The translations under genes were made by a program, and so were the position numbers. From NCBI GenBank assembly GCA_963692935.1, contig OY843588.1, positions 1,699,989-1,763,988 of the forward strand: 64,000 bases of DNA, in the 5' to 3' direction. Position 1 is the stretch's first letter. Each line of letters starts with the position of its first letter. Source of the stretch: Nitrospirales bacterium. Its GTDB lineage: Bacteria; Nitrospirota; Nitrospiria; Nitrospirales; UBA8639. The notes beneath the pieces are model-generated. The model did not search any database, was not told the origin of the DNA, and saw only the letters and a list, made by a program, of their open reading frames with translations. Below, in pieces: positions 28,225 through 37,350 of this stretch.

Positions 28225-28689
28225 TCAGCTCTTCAGCCAGCGAATCAGTGCCTTGGTGGGATCGGCAATCTCCGCCACCGAGGTGTACCAGGAGGCCTCC
28301 CAGCCATCCTTGGGCAAGCCGGTGAATACCATCAGGTTGAGTGGATAGACCTCGCTTTCCGTGCAGGTGCGGAAGTCGTCGCGGAACAAAAATGTCGGCT
28401 TGCCCCAGGCAATCGCCATGCCAAGCTCCACCATGACTCCCTCATCGGGCGGGCAGCCATTCACAACGGCGAATATTCCGTCGGCGTGACGCACATCGCT
28501 CGTATCGTCCTGGCCGACACGGTACGCCCACCCGCCCATCGCCTTGTCCACCTGATTGTTGCGCAGAAACGGCTCCCAGACATCCGCGCCCACAGCCGTG
28601 AGCGCCTCAACCAGCGCCACCAGCGGCCCCTCCTTCTGCTGCCGGGAGAAGCCGTAGGGATTCGACAGAAACAGCGTCTTTCGATTCAT
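28225..28689 (-). CDS. Nucleoside 2-deoxyribosyltransferase-family protein
   Basis: The sequence reads MNRKTLFLSNPYGF...DGIFAVVNGCPPDEGVMVELGMAIAWGKPTFLF. The GVMVELG glutamate sits in the position of the NDT nucleophile. I chose the ATG at 28689 because a GGGGTGAGGG ribosome-binding site precedes it. The ORF track extends to 28770. Confidence 0.7.
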   Translation of the reverse strand: MNRKTLFLSNPYGFSRQQKEGPLVALVEALTAVGADVWEPFLRNNQVDKAMGGWAYRVGQDDTSDVRHADGIFAVVNGCPPDEGVMVELGMAIAWGKPTFLFRDDFRTCTESEVYPLNLMVFTGLPKDGWEASWYTSVAEIADPTKALIRWLKS

Positions 28690-28892
28690 ACCCTCACCCC
28701 CCGTACTCTTTTGTCCAGCCATGGTTGTCTCCTTTCCAGGTAGCGGCTCCTGAACGTTCACGGATTGCACAGATCACTTGTCGGCATCTCCCCTGTTCCG
28801 ATCTGTTCTGATATTCCCCTTGTTTGTCATCGGTCGTTCTTCGGATCGCCAATACTTTGTCGCAACCGTTTTCCCGTGTCAAAACTCGCACC

Positions 28893-29150
28893 ATGAACAA
28901 CGAGTGCCCGTTTCAAACAGGTCAATTACTCATCGGTTCTTTCTTTCATGAGCCGATGCGTGTGCTGTCCACGCAGTCCAACGACAATGGAAGCTGGACG
29001 CTCCAACTGGTTGGCCTGGAATCCGAACGCTACCAGCCAGTCATTCTCACCGACGAAGACTGTCACAGTCTGCACATTCCGGATTCAGCACCGCCACCGC
29101 AGGGAATCCGGCAAGCGAGTTACGGCAAAAACTCAGCGACCTCGGGTTGA
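28893..29150 (+). CDS. Small hypothetical protein, possibly the N-terminal remnant of a larger (helicase-type) gene
   Basis: 85 aa, starting MNNECPFQTGQLLIGSFFHEPMRVLSTQSNDNGSWTLQLVG. It resembles the small beta-barrel N-termini of some SF2 ATPases, but nothing follows it. Confidence 0.25.
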   Translation: MNNECPFQTGQLLIGSFFHEPMRVLSTQSNDNGSWTLQLVGLESERYQPVILTDEDCHSLHIPDSAPPPQGIRQASYGKNSATSG

Positions 29151-29255
29151 GCAACCACATGCGTGTGGAAGATTCATAACCACCTCGGCCACAAAAAAAC
29201 GGCCAGGATTGTTTTTCCACTGTGGCACAACCATGATTCAGACGATCTCCCCCCG

Positions 29256-29849
29256 TTACTGCAAATTTCTTGGGGCAACGCGAGAGCGCAGGGTGAATGT
29301 CCGGTAGCCATCGTTTTCTGGATAGCGACTATCGGCATGTTCGGCCCGGGACGTCACCTGCACTTCAACCGCCCGAATGCCCGGCGTATGGACAGTGGGC
29401 CGTCCCTGGGCATCAAGGCAGGTGAAGTGAAAGGACTCGATGTGCTCCGCCACGGGTTGTCGGCCTCCTTTTCCCACCTTGCGCCGGAGCGTGGACGTGG
29501 TGTCATCATACAGATAGACAATGGATTCTTTGGAATCTGTCACCACGCCATTCCCGTTTAAATCGGCCCGGATCCGCAACTCCGTCGGGTGGAAGACGAT
29601 CCCGTGAAAATCATTCGAATGAATAGCATCGCGATTCACCCCCATGGGATCATAACCCGCCATGCGAATTTCCCTGACCATCATGTCCAGTGCGGCACGG
29701 GTGGTTTGCTGCATCGCCAACACGTCTTCTTGAACACGCTGCTGCCTGACCTGCAGGAGATGCACACCATAGACCGTGCCGATGATGACCATGCCCACGG
29801 CCAGGGCCACCAGCAGTTCCGTTAAGGTCACTCCTCGCTGAGTATTCAC
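29256..29849 (-). CDS. pilW: Type IV pilus minor pilin PilW-like
   Basis: The N-terminal methylation motif reads RGVTLTELLVALAVGMVIIG, followed by MQQTTRAALDMMVREIRMAGY. Confidence 0.75.
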   Translation of the reverse strand: MNTQRGVTLTELLVALAVGMVIIGTVYGVHLLQVRQQRVQEDVLAMQQTTRAALDMMVREIRMAGYDPMGVNRDAIHSNDFHGIVFHPTELRIRADLNGNGVVTDSKESIVYLYDDTTSTLRRKVGKGGRQPVAEHIESFHFTCLDAQGRPTVHTPGIRAVEVQVTSRAEHADSRYPENDGYRTFTLRSRVAPRNLQ

Positions 29850-29869
29850 GCGCTCACCGTCTGTCTGTT

Positions 29870-30274
29870 CTACGGAGCGAGGATTGTGGAAAACGACACG
29901 GACTTGCGATCATCCGCCCACCATACCGTGACGGTCGCCGTGTGTACCCCCGGAACGGGAAGATTGGGATCAAGACGGAGCACGCGTTTATACAAGGGAA
30001 GGTCGGGGATGGTGGCGTAGTCCTCAGTGGTTTCGGTTGGACTGGATGATCCCGCGTCGTTGCCGCTTCCACGCAACATTTCGAGTCTGTCCAGGGCCAG
30101 GGTCGTGGCCGTGGTGAGGTGCCGGCTTGCAGCCACTCCTTTGCTCGCCGTGGCAGCCAACCCCGACAGAGCCAGGACGGCAAGAGAGATGATCCCCATG
30201 GCCATGACCGACTCCAGGAGCGTGAACCCCTTCCGGTTTCTCACAAGACGCCTGAAGATTCCAAGCATGACCAT
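29870..30274 (-). CDS. pilV: Type IV pilus minor pilin PilV-like
   Basis: The prepilin motif reads KGFTLLESVMAMGIISLAVL. Confidence 0.7.
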   Translation of the reverse strand: MVMLGIFRRLVRNRKGFTLLESVMAMGIISLAVLALSGLAATASKGVAASRHLTTATTLALDRLEMLRGSGNDAGSSSPTETTEDYATIPDLPLYKRVLRLDPNLPVPGVHTATVTVWWADDRKSVSFSTILAP

Positions 30275-30283
30275 GGCTCTCCC

Positions 30284-30862
30284 TTATGCAGGGGCTTTGA
30301 TTCGCACACGCCCCGTGATGCTGATTGTGATGCGTTTTTCCCCCGCCACATTGACAACTCTGACCGTGGCAAGACTGGTGGCGGTGCCCCGTGGGTGGAA
30401 GATCGGATTATTGTTGGATCGAATCGTCACGCCTTCGAAATCGTCCAGGATTGATCGGGATTCCACGGCCTCGCCGGGATCGGCTTTTCCATTGTTATTG
30501 GCATCATCCAGAATCTCATACTGATGAGGGCCAGTGAACAGGACACGGACATTATGCCCCTTCTTCACAGCCTGTGCTCTCGCCGCCAGGAGATCCGCCC
30601 GTATTTGTCGCACCACACCATTCAAGCGATAGGACGGCACTTGCGAGGCAAACCAGATTCCGCCCAGCCCCAACAGCACAGCCAGCAGACCAAGGACCAC
30701 GACCAGTTCCGTGAGCGTATATCCCGAAGGGCCATGCGCCAGACCAGCGCGATGCTGAATGCCCCGCCGCGTTTGCGCAACGTGCCACACGATACGATGC
30801 GCGGATTCGCGAGGATTGTCATTCAACGACGCACGCCCCGTGTCGCTGACGCGGCCCCACAC
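30284..30862 (-). CDS. GspH/FimT-like pseudopilin
   Basis: The prepilin motif reads SGYTLTELVVVLGLLAVLLG. The leader in the ORF track is unusually long at 45 aa, so the true start may be an internal GTG. Confidence 0.65.
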   Translation of the reverse strand: MWGRVSDTGRASLNDNPRESAHRIVWHVAQTRRGIQHRAGLAHGPSGYTLTELVVVLGLLAVLLGLGGIWFASQVPSYRLNGVVRQIRADLLAARAQAVKKGHNVRVLFTGPHQYEILDDANNNGKADPGEAVESRSILDDFEGVTIRSNNNPIFHPRGTATSLATVRVVNVAGEKRITISITGRVRIKAPA

Positions 30863-30871
30863 ATGCGTTTC

Positions 30872-31648
30872 TTACCAGAACATGTCTGCATACAGTCCGA
30901 AGATGTCCCGATGACAGAACAGCGATACCACGGCTCCTGTGGCCAGAAACGGACCAAACGGCAGGTACTGACCGCATTCAATACGACGAAAAGCCATGAG
31001 ACTCACACCCACCACCGCACCCGCGAAGGAGGCCAGAAACAACGTCAGTAACACATTCTGCCAGCCCAGGAAGGCGCCAATCATGGCAAGGCATTTGATA
31101 TCACCACCGCCCAGTCCTTCCTTGCCAAACAGGTACGGGCTCAGAATCGCAAGGATCCAGAGTATCCCCCCGCCCAGCGCGATGCCGATCAACGAACTGT
31201 GCCACCCCACTGGCACAATGAAGGTCGACGCAACAAACCCAATGACAATTCCCGGAAGAGAAATGACATCCGGAATCATGAGATGATCAAAATCAATCAT
31301 CGTCACGACCAGGAGGGCTGATAAAAACAGGGCATACACGATCGCGCTCATACCGAATCCAAATTTGCCGGCCACGGCCAGATACCCCAGCCCATTCAGA
31401 CATTCCACCAGAGGGTAGCGCCACGACAACCGGCTTCCACACCATCGACAGCGGGCTTTCAACCATACGAAATTCAGGAGCGGCACGTTGTCGAACCATC
31501 GAACGGGTTGCTTGCACTGCGGGCAAGACGAACCAGGTATCACGACGGACTGGCCACGGGGTATCCTCAGGATACACACATTCAGGAAACTGCCCACCAC
31601 CACACCCACCACAAACCATAAAATATAGAGGCTCAATACATCCATCAT
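30872..31648 (-). CDS. pilD: Prepilin peptidase (A24 family)
   Basis: 258 aa and polytopic. The Cys-rich N-terminus reads CPQCKQPVRWFDNVPL...CRWC. Blocks IDFDHLMIPD and GGGDIK are present. Confidence 0.88.
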   Translation of the reverse strand: MMDVLSLYILWFVVGVVVGSFLNVCILRIPRGQSVVIPGSSCPQCKQPVRWFDNVPLLNFVWLKARCRWCGSRLSWRYPLVECLNGLGYLAVAGKFGFGMSAIVYALFLSALLVVTMIDFDHLMIPDVISLPGIVIGFVASTFIVPVGWHSSLIGIALGGGILWILAILSPYLFGKEGLGGGDIKCLAMIGAFLGWQNVLLTLFLASFAGAVVGVSLMAFRRIECGQYLPFGPFLATGAVVSLFCHRDIFGLYADMFW

Positions 31649-31777
31649 CTTCTATTTTGCCAAACACAAACGCACGTGTTGCTCACGTCTACTACGTAAG
31701 GTGTGTACTTTACTTTTCAACTCACGCATTGCTAGTATTACCCCCAGGACGCATCTTGAGAAAAGACTTGGTGCTCA

Positions 31778-32062
31778 ATGCCGTTGTCGGTGAAAACGGT
31801 GCTCAAGCCACTGAAAACGATGCCCAAAAAAGACGGGCCTCTCACGAAACGGAACCGTCCTGAAGCACTCACCGACCGGGAACGGGAAATTCTGCAACTG
31901 ATCTGGTCCGGTCTGAAAAACAAAGAAATCGCCGGCCATCTCAAAATCAGCGTCAAAACCGTCGAAGCACATCGTGCCAATATGATGAAAAAGATACGCG
32001 TATCCAATGCCGCCCAGATCTTGAACGCCGCCATTCAGGAAGGGCTTATTCACATTCGGTAG
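31778..32062 (+). CDS. LuxR/GerE-family HTH transcriptional regulator (stand-alone)
   Basis: The sequence reads LTDREREILQLIWSGLKNKEIAGHLKISVKTVEAHRANMMKKI. Confidence 0.75.
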   Translation: MPLSVKTVLKPLKTMPKKDGPLTKRNRPEALTDREREILQLIWSGLKNKEIAGHLKISVKTVEAHRANMMKKIRVSNAAQILNAAIQEGLIHIR

Positions 32063-32849
32063 CCACGGTGTTCATCCCCTCCATCCGTTGACGAACAACC
32101 TCATACGCCACCACCGCCACACTGGCCGAAACGTTGAGCGATGCGAGCTGTCCTCGTATGGGGATGCGGGCCTGGGCATGGCATTTTTCCAGGATCCCGG
32201 CTCTGAGTCCTCGTCCTTCTCCACCAAACACCAGCACCGTCGGCCCTCTGAGATCCAGATCGGTGTAGAGCTGACGGGCGTGAGGATCAACAGCCACGGC
32301 AGTTATTGCGCGATCCCGCAATCGTTCCAGCAACCTGCCAAGATTGGCACACCGTGCCACACGCACATGCTCAACGGCTCCGGCAGACGCCCGGGCCACG
32401 CTCGCCGTCAAGCCCACTGATCGGCGATCGGGAATAAAGACCCCGTGAATGCCGGCCAAATCAGCCGTTCGGAGAATGGCCCCAAAATTCTGTGGATCTT
32501 CTACCCCATCCAGCGCAAGAAAAAACGCAGGGTCCGACTGTTGCGCCATATGCGTAAGGATCGCGTCCTCGGACGCATAGGATCTGGCAGCGACCATACC
32601 CACCACGCCCTGGTGCTTGCCGGAGGGGACAAGACGATGGAGTTGCTCACGCGGGTGAACCTGAATGGGAATACCCTGGATTTTGGCGAAACGGATGATC
32701 TGGGAAAATTGTCGATGGCGGTGAGACAGGAGAATTTTTACAAAACTGCGAGACTCGGACCGAAGCGCTTCCGTGACCGCATGAATCCCAAACAGCGGGG
32801 CAACCGACTCATCGCTTCCATCGGGTGCTTCCGTCCGGACGGTCTTCAA
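32046..32849 (-). CDS. rlmB: 23S rRNA 2'-O-methyltransferase RlmB (SpoU/TrmH family)
   Basis: Diagnostic blocks are LFGIHAVTEAL, LDGVEDPQNFGAILRTA and SLNVSASVAVV. I chose the TTG at 32849, preceded by GAGGGA, because the longest ORF (to 33002) would overlap cysS by 194 nt. Confidence 0.8.
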   Translation of the reverse strand: MKTVRTEAPDGSDESVAPLFGIHAVTEALRSESRSFVKILLSHRHRQFSQIIRFAKIQGIPIQVHPREQLHRLVPSGKHQGVVGMVAARSYASEDAILTHMAQQSDPAFFLALDGVEDPQNFGAILRTADLAGIHGVFIPDRRSVGLTASVARASAGAVEHVRVARCANLGRLLERLRDRAITAVAVDPHARQLYTDLDLRGPTVLVFGGEGRGLRAGILEKCHAQARIPIRGQLASLNVSASVAVVAYEVVRQRMEGMNTVATECE

Positions 32850-34269
32850 GGATAATCCCTCTCGACGCCAGGGTTTCCCGAATGTGGTCCGCGACGGCAA
32901 AGTCCTGCCGTGTTCGCGCTTGGGCCCTTTGTTGAATTTGTTCTTGAATCCACTCATCGGTGCACTCCTGATCGGCGGCATCCCGGCATTGATCCATACC
33001 AAAACTCAACTCGCGAAACACCCATGCCTGTTCATTGAGTTGAAACAAACCCAACGGCGCGCCACATCGTCGAAAGACTTCTCGCACATCCCGCCGCTCC
33101 TCCGCGGAAAGACCCGTCTGCGGGATCTGGTTGACTTCGGCCCGAAGGCGCTGAAATTCCGCCAGCACCCGGGGCGTATTGATATCGTCATCCATGGCTT
33201 CCTCGAACGTTTTCTGGAATGCGGCCAAGGTATTCCTGAAAGACGTCCCGGGCGCGGAACCACAACGGGACTGCTCGGACAGATAGATAAAAAGGTTATA
33301 GATATTGTCCAACGCAGCTTTGGCCGCGGACATGGAGGCATTGGAAAAATTCACGTCACTACGATAATGCGTGGAAAGCAGAAAGTACCGCAACACCTCG
33401 GCCGTCACGGGTTCTGGGCAGTTCGACCGCCCAACAATTTCGTGCACGGTAAAAAAATTGCCCAGGGACTTTGCCATTTTTTCTTCGTCAATGGTCACGA
33501 ATCCATGGTGCACCCAGTACCTGGCAAAAGCCTGGTCGGTTGCGGTACATGACTGTGCTATTTCATTTTCATGGTGAGGAAAAATTAAATCCTTTCCGCC
33601 CCCATGGATATCAAAAGTTGCCCCCAGATGACACACGGACATCGCCGAACACTCGATATGCCAGCCCGGTCTCCCTCTCCCCCAGGGACTGTCCCAGGCA
33701 GGCTCCCCTGGTTTAGCCGCTTTCCACAACGCAAAATCCATGGGATCGTGTTTGCGTGTATCCACTTCCACTCTTGCCTCGGCTTGCATGTCGGCGACAT
33801 GCCGTTTGCTTAAACGGCCGTATGCGGGAAAATCCGATACTCGATAATAGACGTCGCCATCAACCTGATAGGCCAACCCTTTTTTCAGAATCGTCCGGAT
33901 CATCAGAATAATGTCCGACATGTGTTCTGTGGCCCGTGGTTCAATGTCCGGAATGCCAACGCCCAATCGTTTCATGTCGCGGTAATAGGCCTGCACGTAT
34001 TTTCCGACCACCTGGTTACAGGCAATGCCTTCTTCCGCCGCCCGTTTGATGATTTTATCATCCACATCGGTGAAATTTTTGACATAGGTGACCTCATAGC
34101 CACGATACATGAGGTAACGCCGAATCACGTCAAAGACGATGGCACTGCGAGCATGGCCCACATGGCATTCATCGTACACGGTCACGCCGCAGACATAGAT
34201 GCCAACTCTGGAAGGTACGATCGGAACGAACAGTTCCTTGTGATTCGTCAGGGTGTTAAAAATTTTCAC
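32809..34269 (-). CDS. cysS: Cysteine--tRNA ligase
   Basis: The GTG start gives (M)KIFNTLTNHKELF. The HIGH-type block is CHVGHARS and the KMSKS-type block is KMAKSLGN. Confidence 0.92.
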   Translation of the reverse strand: MKIFNTLTNHKELFVPIVPSRVGIYVCGVTVYDECHVGHARSAIVFDVIRRYLMYRGYEVTYVKNFTDVDDKIIKRAAEEGIACNQVVGKYVQAYYRDMKRLGVGIPDIEPRATEHMSDIILMIRTILKKGLAYQVDGDVYYRVSDFPAYGRLSKRHVADMQAEARVEVDTRKHDPMDFALWKAAKPGEPAWDSPWGRGRPGWHIECSAMSVCHLGATFDIHGGGKDLIFPHHENEIAQSCTATDQAFARYWVHHGFVTIDEEKMAKSLGNFFTVHEIVGRSNCPEPVTAEVLRYFLLSTHYRSDVNFSNASMSAAKAALDNIYNLFIYLSEQSRCGSAPGTSFRNTLAAFQKTFEEAMDDDINTPRVLAEFQRLRAEVNQIPQTGLSAEERRDVREVFRRCGAPLGLFQLNEQAWVFRELSFGMDQCRDAADQECTDEWIQEQIQQRAQARTRQDFAVADHIRETLASRGIILEDRPDGSTRWKR

Positions 34270-34907
34270 GGAGATTTCACGTCGGAGGAAAGCGAAGCGG
34301 CAGGGCGAACAATCCGTTTCCCGTACAGTCTGACAAGCCAGAATCCCAGACCGATACACGCCACCAGCACGACGGTGAACAGTCCGAGGTATTGTTCAAG
34401 CATCTCTTTGGCCCACGGCCCCAGGAACTGCAACATCCCAGCCACCAGGAAGAACCGTGCACCGCGGCCGACCAGAGACGCCACGACGAAGACTTTGAAA
34501 TTCACATAAAACGCGCCGGCGCCGATTGTAAACACTTTATAGGGAATCGGCGTCAAACTGGCAATCAAGATGGCCCATCCTTCGTATCGTTCAAACATGT
34601 CATGAATTTTCGAGACGCGGTCTTCTCCCATCACACGTAACAGAAACGGCTTGCCACCCATTTTCCCGATGAGATATCCAAACATGCCGCCCAGGACAGA
34701 ACCAACGGTGGTCAACGTGGCGTAATACAGTCCATGTGACGGATTCCCCAGCGTTAACGCCATGAGTAAGACATCGGGAGGAAGCGGGAAGAAGGACGAC
34801 TCTGCAAACGCCAACAGCAATAAGGCAGGGTCCGCATACGGGGATTCAGACCACGACACTGTCCACTGATAAAGAGCATGAATCCACTGAGAGAGATTCT
34901 GGAACAT
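34266..34907 (-). CDS. DedA/YqaA-family membrane protein
   Basis: 213 aa. Diagnostic blocks are AFAESSFFPLPPDVLL and GYLIGKMGGKPFL. Confidence 0.8.
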   Translation of the reverse strand: MFQNLSQWIHALYQWTVSWSESPYADPALLLLAFAESSFFPLPPDVLLMALTLGNPSHGLYYATLTTVGSVLGGMFGYLIGKMGGKPFLLRVMGEDRVSKIHDMFERYEGWAILIASLTPIPYKVFTIGAGAFYVNFKVFVVASLVGRGARFFLVAGMLQFLGPWAKEMLEQYLGLFTVVLVACIGLGFWLVRLYGKRIVRPAASLSSDVKSP

Positions 34908-34926
34908 CGTATCTCCTCGTCACGTT

Positions 34927-35715
34927 TCAGAAAGGTTTCAACATCTTCATGCGCCGCGATAAAACGGACTCCCACGATCGCAATCTGGTCAGGGCGCGAT
35001 ACTGTGTCATATCGACATGGAGCGGCGTCAGCGAGACCTTGTTGCCCTCGATGGCATCCGCGTCGGAACACCGACGTCGCTTCGACGTCACCGGTTCCCC
35101 GGCAACCCAACAATACCACCCACCACGCGGGTCAATTTTTTCAACAATGGAGTTACGATACCGTCGCCGACTCAACGAGGTGATTTGCATCCCTCTCAGA
35201 TGATGAACCGGCACATCCGGAACATTGACATTGATAAAGGTATCGACAGGCAACTCATCCTGCAAAACCAGTTTGGCCACTTCGACTGTGACGGAGGCCG
35301 CCACTTGAAATCGAAATCGTTTCAGCCCATCCAGCGACACGGCGATTGAAGGAATGCCCTGGATCGTCCCTTCGAGAGCCGCCGCGACGGTTCCTGAATT
35401 CGTCACATCGTCACCAAGGTTCAGCCCTTTGTTAATTCCAGAGACCAGCAAATGGATCGAATGATCCCTGAGCGCCCATCCCGCTCCCAAGATCACACAA
35501 TCCGAAGGGGTACCGTTCACTGAGAAGACTCGCTTGCCGACTTCCTTCAATCGCAGGGGCTTATGCAGAGTAATGGCTCGCCCCATCGCGTTTTGTGGAC
35601 GGTCGGGCGCCACAACCCACACTTCACCCAGTTTCTTCAACTGTTTCGCCAGAACGTGGAGACCGTGAGATTCGATGCCATCATCGTTGACGACCAGAAT
35701 GTTCATCGTTGGCAC
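34927..35715 (-). CDS. surE: 5'/3'-nucleotidase SurE
   Basis: Diagnostic blocks are MNILVVNDDGIESHGL, SGINKGLNLGDDVTNSGTVAAA and INVNVP. Confidence 0.92.
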   Translation of the reverse strand: MPTMNILVVNDDGIESHGLHVLAKQLKKLGEVWVVAPDRPQNAMGRAITLHKPLRLKEVGKRVFSVNGTPSDCVILGAGWALRDHSIHLLVSGINKGLNLGDDVTNSGTVAAALEGTIQGIPSIAVSLDGLKRFRFQVAASVTVEVAKLVLQDELPVDTFINVNVPDVPVHHLRGMQITSLSRRRYRNSIVEKIDPRGGWYCWVAGEPVTSKRRRCSDADAIEGNKVSLTPLHVDMTQYRALTRLRSWESVLSRRMKMLKPF

Positions 35716-35869
35716 AAAAGCAGTTTAAAAGAGATTGATTCGCAAAGAAAATTCTGACAAAAGCACTTCCACCATTCGCAAGCCCCTTCACAACTCATGG
35801 TGGCCTGGCGGGAATAGGATCGGGAGACCCGGGCACTCACCGCTTTCGGACCGCGTACGCACATGCAAC

Positions 35870-35906
35870 AAAAAAGCCCACCTCCAAGAAATTGAGGCAG
35901 GCTTTT
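35870..35906 (-). terminator. Rho-independent terminator after the OFOR alpha gene
   Basis: The minus strand reads aaaagcctgcctc-aatttctt-ggaggtgggctttt followed by TTTTTTGTTG. The stem has 13 pairs, including 2 G-U pairs. Confidence 0.6.
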
Positions 35907-35933
35907 CTGTGAAAAATACCCAACAAAACGTGT

Positions 35934-37280
35934 TCAAATATTTTGCATAAAATGAGTAACGGCTTCTTGATCAACGGCTCCCATAACAGCGGAGGAAGGG
36001 ACCGTCGCCGATTTTTTCCCGGTGAGCCCACATTCGATCTCGTCAAAAATCATTTCCACCGGCATGGACATTCCACCGTACACATGAGGGCCCGCCACGA
36101 TTTTGGCCTTTGAGTACCCGTAGATAGCGGTCGCCACATCTTTGGCCAACCACCCGACGTAGTTAAATTCAGGCATGACGATCAGTTTGGCCTTGCCGCA
36201 CAGTGCCCGCAATTCTCTGGTGGGAAACGGACGAAGCGACCTGATTTTGATCAACCCTGCATGAATATTTTTCTCTTTGCACAAGCGGAGAGCTTCCCGT
36301 GACTGGGCCGCCGCGCTACCAGACGCAATCAGGATGACTTCAGCACCCTCAACATCCTGCGTCTCAACCAACCCGTCCATGTAAAGGTCAATATATTTTC
36401 GTGACCGTTCAACCGCGGCCCACACCTCTTGTTGCCACACGGCATGGATGTTGTACGCCATGAAATTCGATTTTTGCACCGGAGCATCCCGCGACAACCT
36501 GGCCGGCGGATTTTCGGCATCCAGGACAGGAACCGCACCCCGCCAGGCCTCTCGCGGCGGCAATTTCAATCCCCGATCCGGCATCACACAGTATCCTCTG
36601 GCATGAGTCACAAAAAATCCATCGCAACACACCCCCACGGGCAATGTCACATCATTCTTCTCACTGATCACGAAGGCTTTCATGATGTAATCAAACAAGT
36701 CCTGCTGATTTTCGGCATGAAAGACAATCATCCCACAATTTAACAAATAGGCGACTTCAATATTGTCAGGCTGAATGGCTAACGGAGCATTGACCACCCG
36801 GCAGGTGAACATGGACACGGCAGGCAGGCGATGTCCCGGCCACGACGCAATCGGTTCAAGACCTCTCAGTGTTCCCGGACCGGCGGTGGCCGTAAAACAG
36901 CGTACCCCGGCACGGGACCCACCCGCAATCGCCGACATCACACCATATTCTTCTTCCCCCCGATAGTACTCTTTAACGTACCCTTCTCCGTACAACACCC
37001 CGATAAGCTGCATGGTTTCACTTTGGGGGGTAATCGGATAGGCAATGGAGAGATCAACATTGGAACGGCGAACAGCCTCTTTCGCTGCCTCACTACCCGT
37101 AATAAATTCCCTCTCACGTGGTGCTTCGGAAAACATATATTCAGGGGAGACCACCTTCTGGTTTTTAGCCTCCGCGTGAGGATCCCTTCTTCCGTCCTGG
37201 CTGGAAGGCACCGAAGCCACACTGGTAATCGGATCACCTTGTGGATTGGTTTTGACTTCCGTTTCCAAGGCTTCACTCAT
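35934..37280 (-). CDS. 2-oxoacid:ferredoxin oxidoreductase alpha subunit (five-subunit POR/OGOR type)
   Basis: 448 aa. Diagnostic blocks are ITGSEAAKEAVRRSNVDLSIAYPITPQSE and TATAGPG. It is the last gene of a beta-gamma-delta-epsilon-alpha operon. Confidence 0.85.
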   Translation of the reverse strand: MSEALETEVKTNPQGDPITSVASVPSSQDGRRDPHAEAKNQKVVSPEYMFSEAPREREFITGSEAAKEAVRRSNVDLSIAYPITPQSETMQLIGVLYGEGYVKEYYRGEEEYGVMSAIAGGSRAGVRCFTATAGPGTLRGLEPIASWPGHRLPAVSMFTCRVVNAPLAIQPDNIEVAYLLNCGMIVFHAENQQDLFDYIMKAFVISEKNDVTLPVGVCCDGFFVTHARGYCVMPDRGLKLPPREAWRGAVPVLDAENPPARLSRDAPVQKSNFMAYNIHAVWQQEVWAAVERSRKYIDLYMDGLVETQDVEGAEVILIASGSAAAQSREALRLCKEKNIHAGLIKIRSLRPFPTRELRALCGKAKLIVMPEFNYVGWLAKDVATAIYGYSKAKIVAGPHVYGGMSMPVEMIFDEIECGLTGKKSATVPSSAVMGAVDQEAVTHFMQNI

Positions 37281-37350
37281 GGCCTACCCCCTTCCAAGTT
37301 GGTAAGAACCCCAGCCAACAGTGCAGGGATTCCTGTCAACAACACTGGTT

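Noticed and set aside
32850-33002. Long N-terminal extension of rlmB from the ORF track
   Set aside because: It would overlap cysS by 194 nt. Conserved RlmB sequence starts at LFGIHAV, and a TTG with a GAGGGA ribosome-binding site at 32849 gives a normal-length protein.
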